A DNA stretch of 63,921 nt, counting the filler, from Reticulomyxa filosa (taxonomy: Eukaryota > Protista > Foraminifera), in NCBI GenBank assembly GCA_000512085.1. It is 21 parts of 21 records of this genome, joined end to end, with 100 filler letters (N's around TTAATTAATTAA, not from the genome) between each part and the next. Parts side by side here need not be neighbours in the genome. Positions count along the whole stretch, not along the records: positions 26,301 to 32,645 come from ASPP01005960.1; positions 32,746 to 34,975 come from ASPP01027417.1; positions 35,076 to 37,334 come from ASPP01025692.1; positions 37,435 to 40,125 come from ASPP01042411.1; positions 40,226 to 41,306 come from ASPP01004801.1; 16 more parts are not named here. One strand, written 5' to 3'. This document shows, piece by piece, positions 26,449-40,564 of this stretch (positions are counted from its first letter, which is position 1; each line of letters starts with the position of its first letter). Position numbers and translations under genes: made by a program. Under the pieces are notes generated by a model, which saw only the letters and a program-made list of their open reading frames with translations, made no database searches and was not told where the DNA came from.

Positions 26449-28493
26449 ATATGTGTCACGATCAGTGGCTGGCTCATATGATAACGAAGCCGTCGCCATC
26501 TTTGCAATGATGTTGACCTTTTGGCTGTGGGTGAAATCGGTGAATACCGGCAGTATCTTTTGGTCTGCATTGTGTGCGTTGGCCTATTTTTACATGGTCG
26601 CCGCATGGGGCGGATATATCTTTATCATTAACATCATTCCAGTCCATGCCTTCTTTTTATTATTTTGCGGACGATATTCTCATCGCTTGTACGTCGCCTA
26701 TTGTGTTTATTATATCCTCGGATTGATTTTATCCATGCAAATCAATTTCGTCTCTTTCAAGCCTATTGACTCCCCGGAACACTTGTTGTCGATGGTTGTC
26801 TTTCTCATCTTCCAAGTTGAGCAAACAAATTCAAAAGGCAACGATCCCAATTCCCTTTTTTCTTTCAATTGCATACATATAAATATATATACATATATGT
26901 ATATATGTGTGTATATAAGTATATAAGTGTATATATTTATAAATTAATCATCATATGTAGATCTACGCATTTACCCAGTATTTGCGCAGCTTAACAACAA
27001 GTCCAGAGCAGCAAAAGATCTTGGCTTTCTTGGCCGGATACATTGTGATAGTGGTAGTGGGAGTATTGATTGCATTGGCGGCAATGGGCAAAATCCCAGG
27101 CTTGACAATGCGATTCTTGATGCTTTTCGGTAGTGGTCGAACCATTGCCATTGTCAAGTCAGTGAGTGAACACCAGCCCACTAGTTGGAGCACTTATTGG
27201 TTTGACGAACATTTGTTGACGTTTATGTCCGCTACTGGCATCCTCATTTGCTTCCAAAAGACCACAGATGCCAATTTATTTGCCATCTTATACACTGTGT
27301 TTGCAGGCTACGTTATGTTGTTTTTTCCTTTCAAGTACCTTTTTATTTTTTTATTTATTAATTTTCAAAAAAAAAAAAAAACAGTTTTCGAATATAATGA
27401 TTCGTTTAATGCTGGTCGTATCCCCGGCCATGTGTGTAATGGGTGCCATTGCCGTATCTGAGCTGGTTCGCGTATGTTTGGAAACAATTGTTGCATCAAC
27501 GGAAAGTGCCACTGCAGAGCTGGAAAGAGAGGACAAACAAGGTATTGCTGCACGTGCTCAAGAAGCTTGGCAAACAGGAGTGTCGATTATGCAAAAATTC
27601 ACTGCTGCTGCTGCATTAGCATTATTCGCATATTATTTCTATTTGTTTACCATCCATTGCGTTTGGGTCACTTCTCTCGCATATTCCTCACCCTCTATCG
27701 TACTACAAGCCAGATCTGGTCCTCATCCCATCATCTTTGATGATTTCAGAGAGGCTTATCAATGGCTTTATCACAACACCGATCATGAAGACAAGGTCTA
27801 TACGCATTTAAATCTTTTTTTATCTTAATATTACGTATATACACATACATAATATTTTTTTTTAATCGATAATGTTAAAAGGTACTGAGTTGGTGGGATT
27901 ATGGCTATCAATTAACCGGAATGGGCAACAAGACCGTAATTGTAGATAACAACACCAGAAATAATACTCATATTGCCACTGTTGGATTGACAATGGCAAG
28001 TACTGAAGAAGATGCCTATCCAATATTACGCAGATTAGATGTCAAGTATGTGGTGGTTGTATTCGGAGGATTAATTGGTTATTCGTCAGATGATATCAAC
28101 AAGTTCTTGTGGATGGTTCGTATCAGTGGAGGTGTTTTTCCGAGAATTGTGGAATCCAATTATTATAATTCTCGTGGAATGTACACTGTTGATGGTTCTG
28201 TCAGCGATATAATGAAAAACTCAATTATGTACAAAATGGTATGACTTACATACTAACTGACCTATATATTTCTTTCGTTCTTTTAAACCTAATTTTTTAA
28301 TGTAAAACAGTGTTATTACCGCTTTGGTGACGTATCCCAAGGAGCTGTAGATAGAACCCGTCAAGTTGCCATTGGTTATAAAAACTTTAAGCTGAAATAC
28401 TTAGAGGAAGCATATACTACAGAGCATTGGATGGTGAGAATTTACAAAGTCAAAGATATTGACTCTTTGTCAAGATATTCATATAAGGTTTAA
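26449..28493 (+). CDS. STT3: Oligosaccharyltransferase catalytic subunit STT3 (5' truncated); introns 26816-26960, 27312-27384, 27796-27881, 28239-28310
   Basis: [86 protein letters not shown]. Confidence 0.97.
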
Positions 28494-29178
28494 ACAAACA
28501 AAAAATGACAAGAAACAAACAAAGGGTCATTTTGTCTTTTGTTGGAGTTGTATTAATCAAAGTTCATTCACAAAGAAACATTCCCATTTCTTGTTTAATT
28601 TGAAGCAAAACTTTGAAGTATTTCAATGCAATGAATTAATTTCATTAAATTAACAATCGCATTTAAATATCGCCCATAAACAAGAAAAAAATGTTTTGTT
28701 TGTCATTAACACAATTAGTCACTATTTAATGAAATATCTATCCCCAACATAATAAATGTAAAAATTTTTGTAATTGTTGGTCAATATTGAACATATGCAC
28801 TTCACTTTTATAACAAAACAAGATCTAAACGCTTAAAAAAATTTTCTCACTACCCACAGAACTTGAAAGGACAATTTCTTTAATGTGTACTATATCAAAG
28901 CGTGAGCACCGCAAGAAAAACAAATACATGTTGGCTCTTCTCTGCAAACAAAGCAAGGAAGGCATAAAATTTGAGAACAAATGTTAAAACAGCAAAAAAA
29001 ATACCCGTTACAATTCACACCGTTTTTCTTTAAAGAAAGTCAACAATGAAAAAAAAAGCACACCTGAGAAAGGTAGCGAGAAGATAAGAAATAAATTCTA
29101 CACAACTATTTTTTCTCCAAAGGATAAAAAAAAAGTCAATAGAAGACTCACATCTTCGGCAAAGTTGAAAAAAAAAGA

Positions 29179-32100
29179 TTAAGAAGGTGAAGGTGGCTTT
29201 CCTTGCGGGCTATTGGGACGGGCTCGGAACGTGGAACTTCTTCGAGCCGCATTGTTACTTAACACCTGCAAATCCAAATTGGCTGCATAAGGTTGAGGGC
29301 TGGACTTACTATTTCTGGGACTATGAATACTGTAACGTTTGCCAAACAAATGGCCAGCCCAATCATTTCCCTCCGGTAACTTCAAAGACTCCCTACTTTT
29401 CTTTGGTTCTAGTCCTCTTCAATTTTTTCAGAATAATCAAACATTACTTTGTATATATTTAGGTTCATCCGTGCTTTCTACATTTGATTTTTCGTCTTTG
29501 TACAGCCATTCGTGGGCATGGTTTCCCAAATCCACACTCTGTGCGTGGTGGGTTTCTTTGTCATTTTTGTGTGCATTTTATTATTTATTTTTTTAAGGAT
29601 TACTAGGGGGAGGGGGGGGGAGAAAAAAAGGAATACATAGGAGAGTAAAAAAAAAAAATTGATTTGAAGAACTTTTGGATGAACACAAAAAGTCAAATAT
29701 TCCATATTGAGTGACTTTATCCAACTCGGGATCTTTTGGATCTGCAAAAGCGGGATAGCGCATAACAACCCCTTCGAAAAACGAGTGTTGGACATCTAAA
29801 TGATCAGCAATGGTGTTAAATTCCAATACAGTCATCACCCCTTGCTGCTCGTCCATCCATCGAAAGTAAACCCCTTCTTCATACGTGTGTTTCGCTTCAT
29901 TCCAAATCATATCACACCACAAACGGCCTTTCCCATCACAAATGCCCAACACGTTATCAAACGGGGTGCGCCTTCCAGTGAATTCGCCCGCTTCATTGCG
30001 ATTGCTGGTTATTTCAATTTCCAAAGCGGTTTCGTCGGTTTGATTCTCAAAGCGAGCTGCCCCTATTGTTTTTCAATTAAGTTTATATTCTGGGGATAGA
30101 TGATCCGGCACATATTATATAATTATTGATAAATCAGATTTTAAAAAAAAAAAAAAAAAAAAGACAAACCAGTAAAACGCGATCCCTTGTTAATAGTACG
30201 ACCAATAGCCTTCAAGACTTGTTGACAGCCCTCAGAGAACTCAGCTTCTGATTTGGACGGCTTTAGAGGCAATTCAATGTTCATGAGCGTTTGCTTCCGC
30301 TTTCGACCCGATTCACGCTCTTTTTCTGTCTTCTCTTTGTATTGCTTTTTGTACAAATGGTACAGTTGCTTTAGCTCTTCTCTCCTCTTTTTTGCTTTTT
30401 CCAAACGTGACCCCTTTTTTTTCTTTTTGCCTTTGCCATCCCCATTTTCGGTCGACTTTTTATTGCTCCTCCTTCTCTTTTCAAATGCTTTATTCACTTC
30501 AAGCCCACTCACTCGTTTCTCTGGGTCCTTTTTCTCGTCATTTGATTCTTCGTTGTCGTTGTCATTGTCGTTATCGTTGTCATTGTCATTGTCATTGTCA
30601 TTGTCGTTATCATTGTCGTCTTCATTTTCCGTTTCTTGCTCTTCTTCTGTGTCCGTGTCTGTTTCGGTAGACAATACTGACAATTGGCTACCTTTGTTCA
30701 TGTCCAGCTTACTTCCGATATTGCCATTTTTTGCGTCTTTCAATGGATTTTCATTATTGTTACCGCCATTGCTATTGCCATTGCCATTGCCATTGCCATT
30801 GCTATTGCCATTGCTATTGCCATTGCTATTGCTATTGCTATTGCTATTTGAACCACTGATCTTGACAGAGACATTGTCTAAATGGGTCATCGAGGCTGCG
30901 TTTGTTTTTTTTGAGGAAGAGGGCTGCAGTTTTAATTGCGACTGCGACAGGGATTGAAATTGCAATTGAGATTGGGATTGGGACTGAAGTTGAGACTGTG
31001 ACGACCTTTTATCTGTTTGCTGCTGCTGTTGTTGTTGTTGTTGTTGCTGCTGAGAGGATGGGACAGTCAAGGCACGTTGTGAAGACACCAATGACGAGTT
31101 GCTCTCTAATCGAATAAAAGAATTGGACGTTGGGCCAACGCCAGTGCCAGCAGAGGTGGCGGAAGCAGCAGAGGCACTTTTCGTATGAATCAAGTTTGGG
31201 TTTTCCATGTCTTCTTTTTTCTCATAAAAGGGCTCTTGCAACGATTCATTCGACAGTTCCGTACTCATCTCTTTCGACTTCCGCTGCTCTTTTTCGCTCA
31301 ACAGTCTCTTTTTTTCTGCTTGTCGTTGCAGCATTTTTCTGTTGTCGTTACCAATATGTATGTATTCCATCCATATGTGCATATACATATGTATATAATA
31401 TACATGTATATGTATGTATATATGTATATGTATATGCATATGTGCGAGCTCGGATCTCTACAAACACACACAAAGAGGCTACTAAGGCAAAAAGCAAAAC
31501 TATATAACTTGTACCACTCCATGGCTTTCTCACGTCGTTGCTGTAGCAACGCCTGACGACGCGCTTCCACCTGTTTGTGATTATGGGAATGCTTGGTCTT
31601 GCATTGCCTCAAGTAATCATAATCAATACCATTTCCTTGATTGTGTGCGGATAATCTTTTGTTGTTGTTGTGCATTGCATGTTACAGCCCACAACGTATA
31701 TGCATGTATACTATCTACGTATGTACATGATTTAATAGAGTACATATACGTGAACATATTCTGTTACATTTACATAGAAATATTATAATGTACCATATAC
31801 ATATATATACATATATGTATATGTATATAATCATATCTATACACACAAAAAAGCAAATAAACAACAAAAAATATCAAACTGTTTTTGGTTTTTTTGTTCT
31901 TCTTGCTGTTGATATTGTTGCATTTGTCGGTAGTATTCTTCTTGTTGTTGTGTTTTCTCCTGATTCCTAAGGCTGTTCAAGTGTTTGCGCGTGTGCACAT
32001 GTGTTGCACCATTCATTCATTTTTATTTATACATCATTGGGTTCAATGTTTTTTGAAATTCACCGTGCATATTAGTAATAAACAAGAGGAAAGCAAGGGA

Positions 32101-32508
32101 GGGGGGGGGAAGTGTGGGGTAAAACAGTTTTTTTTTTTTATATTGTGTCAATGTCCGATAGCTGACGATTACTCAAAAAAAAGAAAATTAAAACAAAACT
32201 ATTCTTTTACTTCTTTTGCGGACTCAGGAGTAATGGTAAACTTTTTTTGCAGCAAGTTGAGTCGGATTTGTTGGTCGCGTTTCAATTTTTGCAGATAGCG
32301 ACCATATTGGTCATTGGGCATGGTGTTGTTGGACAAATGAGTTTCCACTTGTGTCAATATTATTCCTTCTTCTTTCTTTGCTTTTTTCTTGTTGCCTTTT
32401 TTTTCCGCACTGTTTTTCTCTTCCTGTGCTTTGCCTTTCGCTACTTCTGATGTTCTTGTCTTTTTCTTCGTTCCTTCCTCGATCGACTTTCGAGAGTTAG
32501 TTCCATTC
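29179..32508 (-). CDS. Multi-exon hypothetical protein: K/R-rich and low-complexity N-part (polyQ, SQ, NS/NG, DN repeats) plus an unassigned globular C-terminal region
   Basis: Consecutive minus-strand ORFs; intron 30169-30063 joins GSRFTG|AARFEN in frame. Other junctions are unresolved. Confidence 0.55.
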
Positions 32509-32829
32509 CTTTTTTTTTTTTTTTTTTTTTTTGCATACATACATACGTATATATATACACATATGTGTATGTGTATACGTTATGACATAACAAAATTGAA
32601 AGAGAGAGGGCGGGAATAGGGTTATATAAATATATATATATATATNNNNNNNNNNNNNNNNNNNNNNNNNNNNNNNNNNNNNNNNNNNNTTAATTAATTA
32701 ANNNNNNNNNNNNNNNNNNNNNNNNNNNNNNNNNNNNNNNNNNNNAAATAATCAATATACGTATAAAGATGTTGTGTTGAATATATTATAAATATATAAA
32801 TACTTTTTCAATCACAATTATAACATCAG

Positions 32830-34172
32830 GTAGCATGAAAGAGGGACGAACACAATAACAGAAAATCCTTGTGACGTGACAAATTGCATTCTTGCTGTTC
32901 GAGTGCGCTCTTGAACTTCAATGATAATACCACTATCAAACATTCCGTTATTTTGGATCATTGAACGGACTTGGTCGTCCCTTAGAACTATTGTTTAGTG
33001 GCGGCCTTGTCAATAGCAGGCTCTTTCACTCCTTAAATCCGATTGATTGGTTTTTGGTAACTGAACAATTCATTCGTATTCACAGCGACGAGGTCTTTAT
33101 GAGAGAGAGTGCATAATACAATCGACTTCTGGCACTGACGTTGCTCACGTATCCACCCAGCAGCGCCTTCAATACATTCAAGCGACTGATTGCTCTGTTT
33201 TGTCAAATTGTAGAGTGATTTTTGAATCTTCGATCCCGGAGATAGTCAAGCAAAGATGATCGGTGCTTGTCCGAGTCAAAAAGTGCAACAGCTCTTTCTG
33301 TCTCTCTCTCTCTCTATCTCTTCACCAATGATCCATTGCTCATTCACCTGACGATACGGAACTCGAAGATCGTGGATATCCTCTTTGTGATTATAATCGA
33401 CGAATGTAGTTTTGATATGCAATCCAAATTACAAGTCGACTTTCCCATTTTGAGTATTGGAAAAACCAACATTGTTTGATGGATTTGCTCCAATGACGAT
33501 AGCTGTGATCACACCATGCTGACTCCGTTGTAAGCTCCAGGAGGGTATCGCAACTTCAAAACTTGCATTCACATCTTCACATTCTGGACACAGTCGTTTC
33601 AAATATTAGCGGCTCGGATCATCGTTGTGGTGACGTTTTGCTTCTTTCACAAATAATCATCGCTTTGGTCGACATATAGAGTGACGTATTCCCTTTGTGC
33701 GCGCCATCGTGCTTGCCCCATCCATCGTGCCACTCCACACCTATCTGCTCGTCTGTTGTAAAATGTGTGATAACGATAAAACAGATCGTGGTCATCATGC
33801 TATTGGTCAATTCCACAGTTTCATCCACTTTAAGATGCTAGTTGTCGTTTTCTTCGATTCTGTACATTTTGGACTCTTTCAAGCTGTGTTGCTGTCTTGA
33901 TCGAACTCTAGAAGCGAATTGACTGTAATGCAGAAGCGCGAGCTAGTTATGCTATGTCCATGAGTCACACTGAAGCACATTGTTCGTCCCGCTTCGGCGT
34001 TTATTGATTTTCTGGTCCACATGTTGCTCTCGATGCCATACATTTTTCCTTCGCTTATATCTTCAACGCATTTTATATGTCCATGACGTCCAAGGCTCAA
34101 TTTCACTGTATTTTGAACGCTGTCTTTGTCGATTGCCATTTCATTGAACATTCCGCACAAATATACCACCAT
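32830..34172 (-). pseudogene. Decayed gene with two CAP-Gly-like domains followed by an unknown domain
   Basis: VKLSLGRHGHIK..GKMYGIE and HLKVDETVELTN..TICFIVITHFTTDEQIGVEWHDGWGKHDGAHKG; in-frame stops between and after. Confidence 0.65.
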
Positions 34173-35075
34173 CCATGTCTTTTTTTTTTTTAAAAAAAAA
34201 AAGCAAAATATTGAATTTTGTTTTGCTCATTTGTTATCATATCCCTTCTATCTCAATAGCAATTTATAAACAATAACAAACCTGCATGTACAGTATGTAC
34301 TGTTCATTGGTCATTCAGGTATTTTTCTATTTAACTAATGCAATATCTTTTCCAATGTATTGCGTTGCCTATTTTTCCAAAATGTCAAAGTTCATCATTG
34401 CAAATCGTTTTAAAAAAAAAAAAAATAGTCAGATTAACTCTTTTTTTCCCGTTTCAATTTGTGCCCGTTGTCAAATACTATATTTTCTTCCATCTGGTTC
34501 CCACTTCCAAAATCGATCTTCGTTTGGCAAACGTACCCTACATATTCCACTGGGACACTACATTTTACATTCGAACCAAATTCACTCTCAATTGATATAC
34601 GTCTTTTCACTTCAAATACATATTGCAAAACAAAAACAAAAAAAGAACAGGTATTTGTTGTACATACCGTCATGATCACCAGGAGTCCATTCGTCTATAA
34701 AGAAAACACAACATAACATTACATATTTGCATTGAATTAGAGTTGTTCTTTTAGAAATAATTTTTTGTAATAACTTCACCCTCAATAAAAGGAGGATAAC
34801 CAATATACTTTATAATACTTGTTGTCCCTCCACTGACGAGAACTATGCGACTGTTGAGTTTTAATGACTTCAATTGGAGGTTTCTAGGCCCAATGGCTTC
34901 ACCAAAGGAATCACTATTTGAGCCTCTCGAATGAAATGGCCACGACATACATTGGCCTCAAAATGTTTCTTTCCTNNNNNNNNNNNNNNNNNNNNNNNNN
35001 NNNNNNNNNNNNNNNNNNNTTAATTAATTAANNNNNNNNNNNNNNNNNNNNNNNNNNNNNNNNNNNNNNNNNNNN

Positions 35076-37200
35076 ATTACCTAATCCAATTATAATAGTT
35101 TGTCCATTTGGGAAGTATGTTACATTATTTATCTTACCAAAGTATCTATGAAATTTGTTCAATTGTTTCCCTGTAAGTACATTGTGTATATGAATAAGGC
35201 CATTTCTCAAATAAAATATGACATATAAACCATCAGGAGAAAATTTTGCATCTTTTACATAATCTAAATCTACAAATTCATGTATTCTTTCCCATAATTT
35301 CAAATCCCAAATTGTAACACGATTTGATGTAACCACAATTTGTTGACCATTCGGCGAAAAGCACAAGTGGTCTATTGAATTCAAAAGTCCTTCTAATCTT
35401 TGAATCTCTTGTCCAGATTTTACATTCCATAATATTATTGTACCATCGCGTGATCCAGATATAATACTTGTTCCATCAGGTGAAAACTTTGCACTTTTTA
35501 CTATATCTTCATGTCCAAGCAATCTTTTTATTTCTATACCAAGTTTTGCATCCCACAAGCGAATGACCCTATTATTTGAATATGACATAATAATAGTTCC
35601 ATCTGGTGAAAATTGTGCATCTTTAATATAATCTGGATGTCCATTCAGTTCTTGTATTTTATTTCCTGATTTAATGTCCCATATTTTAATTTCATAATTA
35701 CTTGATGAAATGACTTTTGTACCATCGAGAGAAAATCGCACACTGTTTACACAATTGGAATATTTTTGGAATACTTTTGATGGTTTGAAATATTTCAACT
35801 GTGTATTTATCAATAATACAATTTTTTAAAGAATTAATAATAGTAATGCAACATATAAAACATATCATACCAGAGCATATCGTAAAATAATGATATTAAA
35901 ATCATCAATCCATCCTTTTTTTTTAACTGCTGATACATCAATCCAATGATCGATTATCATTTCAATATGTCTTTTTTTCTTTTTTAAAAACAAAAAAAAA
36001 TTATGTATTACATGTTTTTTATAAATAAACAAAATTCATACTACTAATAACTTTCAATTTTTTAATATCTAATTCGTGTTTCACTTCCTTCAAATCTGCG
36101 TTGACTTCTTCAATCCATACTATTTCTTTGTCTTCTTCCACCCATTGTCGATTATCTTCTTTCATATACTCACATGCATTTGTCTTTAAATGTGTTAATT
36201 CTTTGATATTATTATTAAACAGTCCAATAATATGCACAGATGTCTTATCACCATTTAATACGGCGATACAATCTCTTGATAAGGATGGTAATATTTGTTG
36301 ATATTTCATCCATTTATTTTCTGTAATTATATATTTATGCATGTTGTCTGAAGGACCATATTGAGAATTTCCACCAAAAAATAAGATACAATTATTATCG
36401 ATAATGGTATATGCACAACGATAAAGCGGTCTAAGAGTGTTGCAAATACGCATCTTATCAAATTGAAATAAATTATTATTTTCATTGTATTGGATTGATA
36501 ATCCTATATCTCGACTGAATAACAACATTCTATTATTCTCCTTATTTTTACTTTTCTCTCTATCTTTACTACTTTTGTTTATTTCTGATTCACATTTTGG
36601 TATAAATACAAGACAGTGATATGTTATACAATCAATTGGCAAAGTATCGTATTTAATATATTGAAGTTTTGTTAAATCAAATACACAAATATCGCTTGGA
36701 AAATACGTTATAAATAACAAGTGATTGTTGCTTCCACCAATCACTGCACGTACACCTTCGTAATTATCATTCTTTCTTCCAAGAGAGATCGGATTTTTGT
36801 TATGATCAGTTAATGGAAACCATTGATTGAGAGATAATTTTTTACGTACATCATCATTATTCCAAACACTCGCATATTTCATTATCAATGTATGTTTATA
36901 ATATCCACCAAAAGATAATAAAATGATTTCATGTTCATCTTTATTTGTATCTTTGTCATTACTTGCAATTTTCACTACACAATGACCATCCAAATCAATA
37001 CCTCCCGGATAAAAACAAATATACTTGTAATCATTTTTAATTGTATGATAAGAATAACAGTTTCTTTTAAATTCGCCCCCACAAATTATTATTTCGTCTT
37101 TATGTGTCACACATTGAGTTTTTTGGAGTGGAATATGAAAAGAGGTCAAAGTTTCAAAGATAGAAACGTTCTCGTTTTCGATTTTCATGTCACTATTCAT
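35076..37200 (-). CDS. Kelch-like propeller + HW..GWI module + WD40 protein (3' truncated); donors at 36051 and 35870
   Basis: Kelch-like IIICGG..CYSYH, LLSFGG, AVIGGSNNHLLFITY, ILFFGG; small exon IEMIIDHWIDV..GWIDDFNIIILRY; then WD repeats (GH..VKSAKFSPDG..ISGSRDGTIILWN). Confidence 0.8.
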
Positions 37201-40200
37201 TTCTATATAGTCAAATAAAGGAAAAAGTTTTTGGCAAAACCAAAAAAAAAACTAGATCTGAATTAAATGAAAAAATGCAATTCTTTGGCTTTTACTGATG
37301 ACACAATTTATAAAATTAATTAATCTTATTGTTTNNNNNNNNNNNNNNNNNNNNNNNNNNNNNNNNNNNNNNNNNNNNTTAATTAATTAANNNNNNNNNN
37401 NNNNNNNNNNNNNNNNNNNNNNNNNNNNNNNNNNTTAAAAACTACAAGACTTGTAGATATTTTTTAAAAAAAAATTAGTTCTGAATGTTGATTTTTCATT
37501 GAGAAAATCAATTATCATCATAAGATATGTTTTAGGCGTTCAGTTTTCTTTGCAACCTACTGTATTTATCCTTCAAAAATCAACAAATTAGATGAGGAAA
37601 AATTTATTTTCTAAAGCCATTACATCAAATATATTTTTATTTTACTTATCAAACAATCTCACTGCGGGTTTTCTTTGTCTCGCTCAATCTTATTTCTTTA
37701 ATTCAACTTAATACCTTTCTTTTTTGGATATCAGTAATCCACTTAACCTTTTTTTTCTTGAAATTGAGATTCCTATACAATATCTTTTTTTGCTTGTATG
37801 ATTTTTGAACTTTATTTTCAATTCTTCTTTTGATATTATCGAATAACCAACACAAAACATGTTTCCAGTGTTGAAAATAGGTTAAAGTTTAGCAACGTTT
37901 GTCTTTTATTAAAAACGTATTTTAAAATGAATTGAAAAAAATCATAACATGCGTTGAAAATGTGTTTACAATTTCTTTTCTAACAGACAATACTGGTTTC
38001 TTTAGTAATTTACAAAAAAATAGTGATGACAACTTTAATAAAAGGATATGTCATGTGCTTAACAAAAATTGTAAATTCAAAAATTTCATTCTCCCAAATA
38101 TGAATTGAACCATTTTATAAACCATAACATAAATTAGTATTGCAATTTTCATTATTCTTTCTTTTTTTTTTAAATAATACAAAATTTTTCTTTTCCTTTG
38201 ATCAAATATTATCAAATGAAAAACAATCAATACTATTTAGTTGATTAGTGGTGTGACTTTTCTATCCATTTGATGTCAGAAGATTTACGGTTTAATGAGA
38301 TAACAAAAATCAAAATTACAAACTATGATAGTAGTTTAATTTGAAGAAAAGTATTTTTTCGACAAACAATTTAAAAGCTATATTATGCAGATGCACAATC
38401 TTAATTCGTTCTCTTTATGAACCCGTAGCTGAAGAAAAATTAAAATGATGCTTTCTTTTGCCAGAAATTAGTTCTTAATTACGTAATTTTAATATTACAA
38501 GCATTTGAGCAAAAAATAGGAGGAAAAATGTATTAAATTCTAAGCTAAAATACAGGTAGGGACAAAAGTCGATTTGTAGATATTTTTTGAAGAATGTACT
38601 TTTGATCATCTTCATAAATCCATTTGGATATGTACTTAATATTATTTGCTTATAATTTAATATTTGATACAGTAGAATGCAAAAGAAAGTTATCACCTTA
38701 TAGAGATAAAACACGTTTAAATATCTTCTTTCCTAATTATTGCAAACTGGCACATTTTAATGATTAGAGATACAATGTATGTAAAAGTAACAAGAAAAAA
38801 TGAATTGCAGAAACTATTGCATGAAGTGATAAAGAATGACCATTTGCATGATTTAGTCACACTTCAGTGCACAAACAAAAAAGAGAAACACAAACTCGAT
38901 GAAAATATCAATAATAAAAAAAGCATTTATTTTAAATAATAACACTATTCACATCACTGTTAAGTCACTATTTTGTCTTCATGCGACATTACTTCTTGAA
39001 TATTGATAACTGTCATGTGATTGAATTGAATAAGAGTTATTTGTGATTTTCAAGAAATAATTTCTAAAAAAAAGTCTACAAATACTTGATATGAAATAAA
39101 ATTACTATTTTTTGAAAAATCTATGTTTTTGATAAATGAAGAATGTAATTCCCTTTTTTTTAATGCAAAGCAGAAGAACTTCCTATTTGAATATTTTCCT
39201 GTTCAAAAATAAATCCAAACTTACAAAAGTCAATAATCATTGCTGTTTGTTCTTTTTTTTAACCTGTTTTCATTTGCAAGGGAGAATTAGAAAATTCTCA
39301 CACTGAACTATTTCTGGACATAAAATTTCTTTCCCTTCTAAGAAAAGAGTCCACGTGAATAAATTAGATGATATTTCCCTTTTTCCTTTTTTATTTAGAT
39401 CAATTAATAGTCATTGAACACTATTTTATTTTACTTTGTTGTTTAAAAAAATTGAAAAAGCTACACTCAATATTTTTTAAAGAATTGAAAAGCATAATTT
39501 ATGAAAACTGTATCCAAATATCACAATACATTGCAAGACATTTCAAGCGTTGTGTTTTTTTGTACAATCGAGCAAGGCTGTTTTTGTAGTAATTCATGCT
39601 GGAATTCTTTTTTGTTTCGAAGAACACTGAATATTATTTGAAAACTCGAAATATTGTTGCCGCCACTGAATCTTTTTGAAGATAGATATAAAAAAATGGA
39701 AAGCCAATAGTGAATCATTTTAGATTGTGCATCAATCAAAACATAATAAGAAAGGGAATATGATCATGGATCAACTGTGTTTATTAAGAAAAGCATTATA
39801 TATATGGACTATTATGAAAATAATCACAAATTAGACAAATACGAAACATAAGTGTTTGCCTGCATCAAATATATTGTAAAACACAATGATGACAAAACAA
39901 AGCTTTTTTTTATATTCTACAATCATAAAATAAGCAAAGTATGAATTGCGCAAAACATTAAGTTAACTCTCAAAAATCTTGTGTACTTTGTCTAAAGAAA
40001 ATGTGCAATCTATCGAGTGTAATTTTAATCAATGTTTGTATTATGTTTTTGTGCAAAGACATTAACTGTTTAGAATAATTGCAGTTTCTTGACTATTACA
40101 ACTGGTTTTAGATAGAAAGTATTGANNNNNNNNNNNNNNNNNNNNNNNNNNNNNNNNNNNNNNNNNNNNTTAATTAATTAANNNNNNNNNNNNNNNNNNN

Positions 40201-40435
40201 NNNNNNNNNNNNNNNNNNNNNNNNNCGATTGCAGGCCATTAAGAATTGATGGCTATTCACATTGGCAAGACTGATCCGACGCTTTGATCGAGTTTTGCTG
40301 CTTGTGCTTGGACCAGTGCGACGGAGTCCAGTACCGCTTCCAGTTCGTCAGCAAAGTGAAAATGATTCGTTGCAAAATGAAGTAATGTCAAGTTCATTGG
40401 ATTTATGGACATGATCATTTTGTGGTTGATTAATG

Positions 40436-40514
40436 GAGAAAGGGGCACATGACCTAGAAAGGGGTACATGACTGAGAAAGGGGCCATAACGGAGAAAGGG
40501 GTGCATGACTGAAA
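40436..40514. repeat. Four degenerate tandem ~19-bp units (GAGAAAGGGGYRCATGACT)
   Basis: Directly visible, no spacers between units. Confidence 0.8.
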
Positions 40515-40564
40515 ATTCCATGTCGTGGGGGTTACCAACGGCGAGCGTAGTAGGACCAAGAAGG

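Noticed and set aside
30253-30957. Plus-strand 234-aa Leu/Ser-rich ORF and similar antisense ORFs (743-1180, 43815-44384, 52931-53470)
   Set aside because: These are antisense shadows of real genes or of microsatellite codons.
40436-40514. CRISPR array
   Set aside because: No spacers, degenerate units, eukaryotic context, no cas genes.
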